The translations under genes and the position numbers were made by a program. This document shows positions 26,470 to 32,047 of a stretch of 32,047 bases of DNA, in pieces (positions within the stretch are counted from its first letter, which is position 1; every line of letters starts with the position of its first letter). The stretch comes from a virus (taxonomy: Duplodnaviria; Caudoviricetes). The stretch covers positions 1-32,047 of the IMG/VR virus record IMGVR_UViG_3300032218_002291. One strand, written 5' to 3'. The notes under the pieces are model-generated. The model made no database searches. It was not told the origin of the DNA and saw only the letters and a program-made list of their open reading frames with translations.

Positions 26470-26787
26470 TTAGAGATATTGTGCAAACTTGGTAGACAGG
26501 GAATTTCTGCTCTGCGCTCCAACAACAAGAACCTCTGGTGAACCGTTATTAAATGCAATCATTGTTGGGATGCTGAATATGTTCAACTCCTGAGCAATGC
26601 TTGGATATTCATCTATGTTAAGTTTTGCTACAGTCACCTTCTCTTCATGCTCTTGGCTGAATGCCTCAAGCTCTGGAGCCATCGATTTGCATGGTCCACA
26701 CCAAGGAGCCCAAAAGTCAACGATGACCGGTTTGCTCCCTGATGTAACGAACGTCTCGAATGTCGTATCTGTTAGTTCTTGAATCAT
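26470..26787 (-). CDS. trxA: thioredoxin
   Basis: VDFWAPWCGPC; SIPT; AGGAG RBS before ATG 26787. Confidence 0.95.
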   Translation of the reverse strand: MIQELTDTTFETFVTSGSKPVIVDFWAPWCGPCKSMAPELEAFSQEHEEKVTVAKLNIDEYPSIAQELNIFSIPTMIAFNNGSPEVLVVGAQSRNSLSTKFAQYL

Positions 26788-26795
26788 CTTTGCTC

Positions 26796-28721
26796 CTATC
26801 GAACTGGGCAAGCACCCGTAGAGCAATCATCGAGGTCGAGCATTCCACCTGCAATGGTCTGCATTGGAGTGCTGAAGTCTATTTTGCCGTATAGACGATT
26901 GTACTCTGCCTCGGTGATTTCCTCATATGGAGGCAAGGGGAAGTTGTGGTCTGCATGGAGAAGGAAGGACACGGATTTAACGCTCTTGTCATAGTTCTTG
27001 GACAGCCATTCCTTGATTAGTTCAAGCTCTTCTTTGCGGTAGTAGACGGTCACAGAGACAGCGTTGTCGGCCCACTCTGTTTGCATCTTCTTAACCCACT
27101 CAAGCTGCTCCACTGCAGTCATGCTGGCAGCAAGAATTGCACCCGTAGGCGATTGGCAAGGGAACTCAACTACATAACGATTATGGTCCTCGCGACCGTC
27201 GATGCCGATGTCCCAAACAACCTTGTAGCCACGCTTTCGGCATGCCTCGACTAGCGGGTCAGATGAACCGAAGCGGACACGGCGAATGTAGTGCTGAGCA
27301 AATGCTGGATGGATACCTGGAGTCACACCCGGAAGCAGCGAAAGAGTTCCTGATGGCTGAACGGTTGTTAAACGCACAGACTCAGGGAAACCGTGCTCTT
27401 TGGAGTATTCCTTGTCGAATCCTCGCAAGTAGTCATAAGTAATAGGCAACCACTTAAGTTGTTCTTCTGTGCATTGGAGAACACCCGTGATACTTTGACC
27501 GAGTCGTGCGTTCTTCTTCACGATTTCTGTGGTCTTTTCATAGGAGTAGTTCATTCGCGTGATGTGCTTCTGCGTCATATAGAGGAGGCGCGAGATTGAC
27601 ATCATATCTTTGAGTGAGTCAACATTCGGCAAGAAGATTGTTGCAAGGTTGCATGACTCTCCATCGGCTAGAGCAATCTCTGCACATGGATTGAAGCCTT
27701 CGATTGTGTTGTCAGGACGCTTGTCGCCTAGTCGACCATAGGCACGAGAGAGCTTGCGGTTAACAAGACCATATGGTTCTCCTGTGCCGTCATAACCGCG
27801 CCACAGTTCTGGCATGATTTCATCATACGCATCTGCATAGATTGAGTTGTTGGAGTTGGCACGCCATGCAGGGATAGCACCCGTGGCCCAATTCTTCGCA
27901 CGAAGAAAAAGAACATCATCTGGGTCACCAATAGCAATCTGTGCCGAACGACGCGAAGAACCTGAAACGACAATGCGACCGATGATGTTGCAAATATCAA
28001 GTACGTCAATCGAACGGAGCTTCTTGCCTTCACGATTCTGCATCACCTTTGAGATGTCTGCAATTCCATCGATGAGTGCGCCAGGACCGGATGCTGTGCC
28101 ACCGAATGTCTTGAGTGGTGCACCATATTCACGAATCAGAATCGTGGAATACGAGAAGGACTTACCCGTGTCGAAATATGATTTCAACACTGCATGAAGA
28201 AGACGCTTCCAACCTTGACGTGAGTCAGGGACAATGATGTCTGCGTCATTGCTGCGTTCGTGTGTAATCGTTACACCTATTTTTACTTTTGGTAAGTCGT
28301 GAATCTTTGAGCGCTCCACAGAGAAACCAACGCCACCACCGAGCATTAGGTATTCAAAGAGCAACTCAAAGTCATCAATCTTTTCGATGTTCGTAAAGTA
28401 ACAATTGTTCAAAGATGAGCCGCTGAAATTTTTTACGAGTGGAGTACCTAACTGCCATAGTGCACGACCAGAGAAAGAGCAACGCAGATTAAACAGGTGG
28501 TCAAAGAGTTCTTCTGCATCCTGTTGCGTATAGGGGACGCCGATTGCCACTGCTCCATCAATCGCCCGTACGATAGTTTCAGGCCAGGTCTCGTTGCGAC
28601 CTAGTTCTGCAATAGAACGACTGTAGGTGCGGAGATAAACAACCTCTCCTAGACCGCCAAAACCCCAGGGGGATACTTTGCCGTTGTAGCTTTCAATGAA
28701 TTCAGGGGACAGCAATGACAT
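26796..28721 (-). CDS. nrdJ: class II (adenosylcobalamin-dependent, RTPR-like) ribonucleotide reductase
   Basis: RTYSR, GR.LW, LNNC, RRSA, NPCAEI, TVQPSGTLSLL, C-terminal CSTGACPVR; no small subunit nearby. Confidence 0.92.
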   Translation of the reverse strand: MSLLSPEFIESYNGKVSPWGFGGLGEVVYLRTYSRSIAELGRNETWPETIVRAIDGAVAIGVPYTQQDAEELFDHLFNLRCSFSGRALWQLGTPLVKNFSGSSLNNCYFTNIEKIDDFELLFEYLMLGGGVGFSVERSKIHDLPKVKIGVTITHERSNDADIIVPDSRQGWKRLLHAVLKSYFDTGKSFSYSTILIREYGAPLKTFGGTASGPGALIDGIADISKVMQNREGKKLRSIDVLDICNIIGRIVVSGSSRRSAQIAIGDPDDVLFLRAKNWATGAIPAWRANSNNSIYADAYDEIMPELWRGYDGTGEPYGLVNRKLSRAYGRLGDKRPDNTIEGFNPCAEIALADGESCNLATIFLPNVDSLKDMMSISRLLYMTQKHITRMNYSYEKTTEIVKKNARLGQSITGVLQCTEEQLKWLPITYDYLRGFDKEYSKEHGFPESVRLTTVQPSGTLSLLPGVTPGIHPAFAQHYIRRVRFGSSDPLVEACRKRGYKVVWDIGIDGREDHNRYVVEFPCQSPTGAILAASMTAVEQLEWVKKMQTEWADNAVSVTVYYRKEELELIKEWLSKNYDKSVKSVSFLLHADHNFPLPPYEEITEAEYNRLYGKIDFSTPMQTIAGGMLDLDDCSTGACPVR

Positions 28722-28787
28722 GATTATTCTTTCTTTTGGTAGGAATGTGTAGGTGTCTATATTAGCGTGGCTAAAAAATCGGTGTGT

Positions 28788-29096
28788 CTAGTTGATGCCG
28801 AGCTCGATTGCTCTCTCAACAGTTATGTATGTTCCCTTCTTGGCAAGTAGTACTTTTGATTTTGTGAACGGTGTTATTTGTCGCTCACCATACACGGTTT
28901 CTTCAACAAGCACAAGTTGGCTGTCCTTCATGGTTTCAATTACTGTTTTCCCAAACAGAATGACCGGAATATCCTTATTATCCTTATCCTTACAGTCACC
29001 CGTGGGATGTCCACAGATTATGCAAGGTTCCCTGTCTGCCCTGGAGAAAGGGATGTCGCCATATATGTAATCACTTGAGCGGAATATGTCTGACAT
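28788..29096 (-). CDS. hypothetical protein (CIICGHPTGDC)
   Basis: TAGAAT-N6-ATG. Confidence 0.75.
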   Translation of the reverse strand: MSDIFRSSDYIYGDIPFSRADREPCIICGHPTGDCKDKDNKDIPVILFGKTVIETMKDSQLVLVEETVYGERQITPFTKSKVLLAKKGTYITVERAIELGIN

Positions 29097-29150
29097 ATTG
29101 ACATTCTACACCAGTTGTGATTATTGTTTTACGGCTATAGGGTGATACCT

Positions 29151-29489
29151 ATGCCTACAGCAAGAACATCACCTGATTATTACCACATAGAGAAGCCAGG
29201 GGATTACCCTGAATTCAAGCACTTATCATTCATACGACGAGGCGCTACTACAACAAAGTCAACGTTGTATTACATGAAGATGAAGAAGTCACCCGTGACG
29301 TCCAAGCAGCTTGCAACGATGTTTCCTAAGTTCTATCGCAAACCATCTGACGCTGCAAATGTTTGCGATACCTTAGAAAAGCATGGACTTATAGCAAAGG
29401 TCTATGACAACTGTTGGCAGATAACTCCATTCGGAGTCAAGGCTTGCTACACGCTTGGTAAGCGTGACTCAATCAATGTGATTAATTGA
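29151..29489 (+). CDS. winged-helix-like hypothetical protein
   Basis: L.K.GLI.K....WQIT..G wing motif. Confidence 0.65.
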   Translation: MPTARTSPDYYHIEKPGDYPEFKHLSFIRRGATTTKSTLYYMKMKKSPVTSKQLATMFPKFYRKPSDAANVCDTLEKHGLIAKVYDNCWQITPFGVKACYTLGKRDSINVIN

Positions 29490-29741
29490 TTACTTTCTAA
29501 ACCAGTTGTACACTCTGTCTCGGAGTGAGAGATTCTTGATGTCTGCTGCATAAACAACTGTGCCTGAATTATTAGTTCCTGGCTTGATGATGTTTGTCTC
29601 AGTAGTGGAAGAAACATTGAATGTCTTCTTCTTTGGAGCAGCCTTCTTTGGAGCAGCCTTCTTTGCAGGTGCCTTCTTGGCAACGGCTTTCTTTGCTGTC
29701 TTCTTGGCTACTGTCTTTTTGGTTGGTTTCTTTGTTGTCAT
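29490..29741 (-). CDS. histone H1-like Lys/Ala-rich protein
   Basis: tandem KK[T/A]xx pentapeptides; leaderless start. Confidence 0.8.
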   Translation of the reverse strand: MTTKKPTKKTVAKKTAKKAVAKKAPAKKAAPKKAAPKKKTFNVSSTTETNIIKPGTNNSGTVVYAADIKNLSLRDRVYNWFRK

Positions 29742-29794
29742 GTAGATGACATTAGTTCACCCGTGGCTCTTCTTGGCGGAACCATAAGGTAGCG

Positions 29795-30430
29795 TTGTGT
29801 GTGGAGTTATCTTATTTCAAAGAAAGACTTGACAAGATAAGTCTTGCCTTGATGTCTACTGTTGAGGCCAAAGAGCAATCTGTTAAAGAGTTCGGCATAG
29901 GTGAAGATATCTCTATGAACCTCTTCTGCTGGAATGGGCCTCATCTACGCCTCATGCTTCAGACTAGGCCTGATATACAGGCATCCAATCACGTCGAACG
30001 ATTTGATGCGTTCACGAATGTGGCCTGCATTGTACGTAAGGGATGGGACATTAGTGCATTCACTCTTGTGTCAGAAGGGTGGGTAAGCACAGACCCTCTC
30101 ATAACTAGGGGTAGACCTCTGGCAGAGGCATACCTAGATAAAGACTCTCCTGTTAAAGAGTGTCTCACTGTATGTCATGTTGAAGATGGAACTGTTACAT
30201 TCGTTACAAGACCCTATACATATGGTGTACCTAGGACAGTTGAGTGGGAGGATGAAATTTATTATCCTGGCAAGACATTGCTACGAGGACAGGACGGCAT
30301 ATATCCAAACATGCTGAACAGGGTGCTAACTACCATCGATACAGAAGAGACACCTCAAGACGCTCAAGAGTTCTACGATGTGCTTAGTCATGGCATACTC
30401 CAAGCTGGCTTCTACTGCCAGGTGTTCTAG
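29795..30430 (+). CDS. hypothetical protein (about 210 aa)
   Basis: long ORF; motif order shared with 8033-8620. Confidence 0.8.
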   Translation: MCVELSYFKERLDKISLALMSTVEAKEQSVKEFGIGEDISMNLFCWNGPHLRLMLQTRPDIQASNHVERFDAFTNVACIVRKGWDISAFTLVSEGWVSTDPLITRGRPLAEAYLDKDSPVKECLTVCHVEDGTVTFVTRPYTYGVPRTVEWEDEIYYPGKTLLRGQDGIYPNMLNRVLTTIDTEETPQDAQEFYDVLSHGILQAGFYCQVF

Positions 30431-30440
30431 TCACCCGTGG

Positions 30441-30668
30441 CTAGTTAGAGTAACTACGTGTTTGCCAACGAAGACCAAGGGAACGACGATACGCATTAGC
30501 TTCTAGCTTACGGCTACGTTCAGGCTCAGGCAGAAGCATGCAAGCATCTATACGTTGCTGGTTCTTGCGTTCACGTTCGTACTCTCTACGATGCTTACGC
30601 TTGGCAGCAGTGCTCTCACGGTTCTCACGCTGCCACTCTCTCTGCTTGACTGGGTCCTTGTATGGCAT
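30441..30668 (-). CDS. basic hypothetical protein (MPYKDP... N-terminus)
   Basis: TAGGCT-N6-ATG. Confidence 0.7.
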   Translation of the reverse strand: MPYKDPVKQREWQRENRESTAAKRKHRREYERERKNQQRIDACMLLPEPERSRKLEANAYRRSLGLRWQTRSYSN

Positions 30669-30712
30669 ACACCAAGCCTACTCACCCGTGTCACCCGTAG
30701 CAACCTAAGCAA

Positions 30713-31183
30713 TCAGTAAATAGTTTTTCTTTTGTGAGAGTAGTAGAACATAGGGTCAATACGTTTGTCATCCTTGGTAAACCAATGCTTCTCGATGATT
30801 GCGTCAACAGGTATAGGACCATAGTGTTCGTATGACTGAAGGAACGCAGGTAACACACCTGTTACGGCTTGAGACTTGTCATACATGTTCATTGATATAT
30901 CTCGGTCATCAAGCATGGATACCTTGACACCTACTACAAGTATTGATTCGAAGTCTTCTGTTACTAGCAAGTCAGAAGGTATCTTCGTTGCTTTCCAGGG
31001 CATATCATAACGAGTGCCAAGCATACGAGAACAACCAAACATATTGATGAAACCAGCAGCATGAGCAGGGAAAGTACATAGAGATACACAACCATTCACG
31101 CCAGGAAGCAAGCCTGAATCTTCAATGGCATCTTCTACATCTGGGTAAGTGGCATGATAAAGAACTTCAGTGACAGTCAACAT
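30713..31183 (-). CDS. putative ADP-ribosyltransferase-fold (Tpt1/DUF952-like) protein
   Basis: LYHAT.....I...GL.P...VSL; HYGPIP..AI. Confidence 0.55.
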   Translation of the reverse strand: MLTVTEVLYHATYPDVEDAIEDSGLLPGVNGCVSLCTFPAHAAGFINMFGCSRMLGTRYDMPWKATKIPSDLLVTEDFESILVVGVKVSMLDDRDISMNMYDKSQAVTGVLPAFLQSYEHYGPIPVDAIIEKHWFTKDDKRIDPMFYYSHKRKTIY

Positions 31184-31481
31184 GGATGTATTGAGTATAG
31201 ATAGTTGCAATAGAAACTACAACCACCTTTTGATACAGCAAAGCAAGGAGTGGTTGCAACAGTACGGTCTTTATCAGATAGGACGCCGGCAAATCACGTA
31301 GGGCTCAGCACCAATGGATACAACTACATATCAGAACGAGTGTGTGTCCGATTGGAGTCTCAACTATCGGGACTGTCTTGAACTTTTCGGAGTAGCGCTG
31401 TGTGTGTGTGGGCACGTGCGCTAAATTTTTTGGTCGGTCATATTCAACTAGATTTATCCAAAGTGGTGCTAGACTCTGGCT

Positions 31482-31841
31482 ATGGACATCAACGACCTTC
31501 AGCACATAGTGGACCGCATTCATCCCGGCTACAGCAAGCGCATTGAGTGTAGTGAGGGTTGGTATGAGCTCATTTTTGATTGTGACCGTGAGCTTGCTGC
31601 TATTGACCCTAATTATCAGGTGTATCAGGTCAAGCAGAAGTTTGGTTCTCTTCGTTTCTACTTTGATTCCGCAGATGAGTCTTTGAAGGCGCAGATGTCC
31701 GAGGTTGTTCGTGAGTATGAGCTAAAGTCTCTTCGTACGTGCGAGTTGACTGGTAAGCCTGGGGTGATTATGAAGAAGGGTCTGTGGTTCAAGACTCTCG
31801 CTCCTGAAATTGGTGATGCTGCTGGTTATTTACTAGCTTAG
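31482..31841 (+). CDS. conserved hypothetical phage protein
   Basis: C..GW..LI...QVKQKFG.LRFY...TCE..G.PG; TAGACT-N6-ATG. Confidence 0.85.
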   Translation: MDINDLQHIVDRIHPGYSKRIECSEGWYELIFDCDRELAAIDPNYQVYQVKQKFGSLRFYFDSADESLKAQMSEVVREYELKSLRTCELTGKPGVIMKKGLWFKTLAPEIGDAAGYLLA

Positions 31842-31872
31842 TTTTCTGTTTCTACCTGTATAGAATGTCGCT

Positions 31873-32047
31873 ATGGGACTTTTTCATAATTATTCTAATC
31901 ACCGTGAGCAGCAGTTGTCTGATGATTTGTTTCGTCTTCGTCGTGAGTTAATGGAGGAGCGACGCATTTGTGATTTGTTGTATGGGGTTATTATTGCTGA
32001 CCCTTGCGAATGTGATGTTCCGGAGGACAATAGTACGTATAGATCGG
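31873..32047 (+). CDS. partial hypothetical protein, truncated at the window end
   Basis: TAGAAT-N6-ATG; frame open to the end. Confidence 0.6.
   Translation, partial: MGLFHNYSNHREQQLSDDLFRLRRELMEERRICDLLYGVIIADPCECDVPEDNSTYRS

Noticed and set aside
2028-28197. numerous antisense and alternate-frame ORFs in the track
   Set aside because: They are shadows of well-supported genes and lack their own start signals.
32041-32047. terminal AGATCGG
   Set aside because: Matches the start of the Illumina adapter and holds the only GATC noticed; likely a contig-end artefact.

Overview
A 32-kb fragment of a large dsDNA phage that probably infects Actinobacteria (WhiB gene, many leaderless TAnnnT-N6/7-ATG starts). 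The right part (~13.9-32 kb) is a replication and metabolism region: SNF2-type helicase, PAPS-reductase-family protein, DUF932, WhiB, TOPRIM primase-helicase, HTH/small-terminase-like protein, clavaminate-synthase-like dioxygenase, lytic transglycosylase-like protein, SSB, ParB-like protein, thioredoxin and class II RNR. The left ~13.8 kb is organised differently. Ten same-strand copies of a ~30-bp asymmetric repeat (TCATMCGCCACCGTCA-N4/5-RTAGTGCTT, usually followed by AGCCCCG) divide it into 0.7-3.9 kb modules, each a mostly self-contained transcription unit in either orientation. The module promoters share a TACCTACTA element near +1, and several have a CRP/GlxR-like box at fixed spacing. 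The modules are strongly depleted of 4-bp palindromes and encode several tiny hydrophobic peptides. This repeat-delimited array is the best candidate for an undescribed system. No recombinase, tRNA, rRNA or CRISPR array was seen. All assignments come from motif reading, not database searches.
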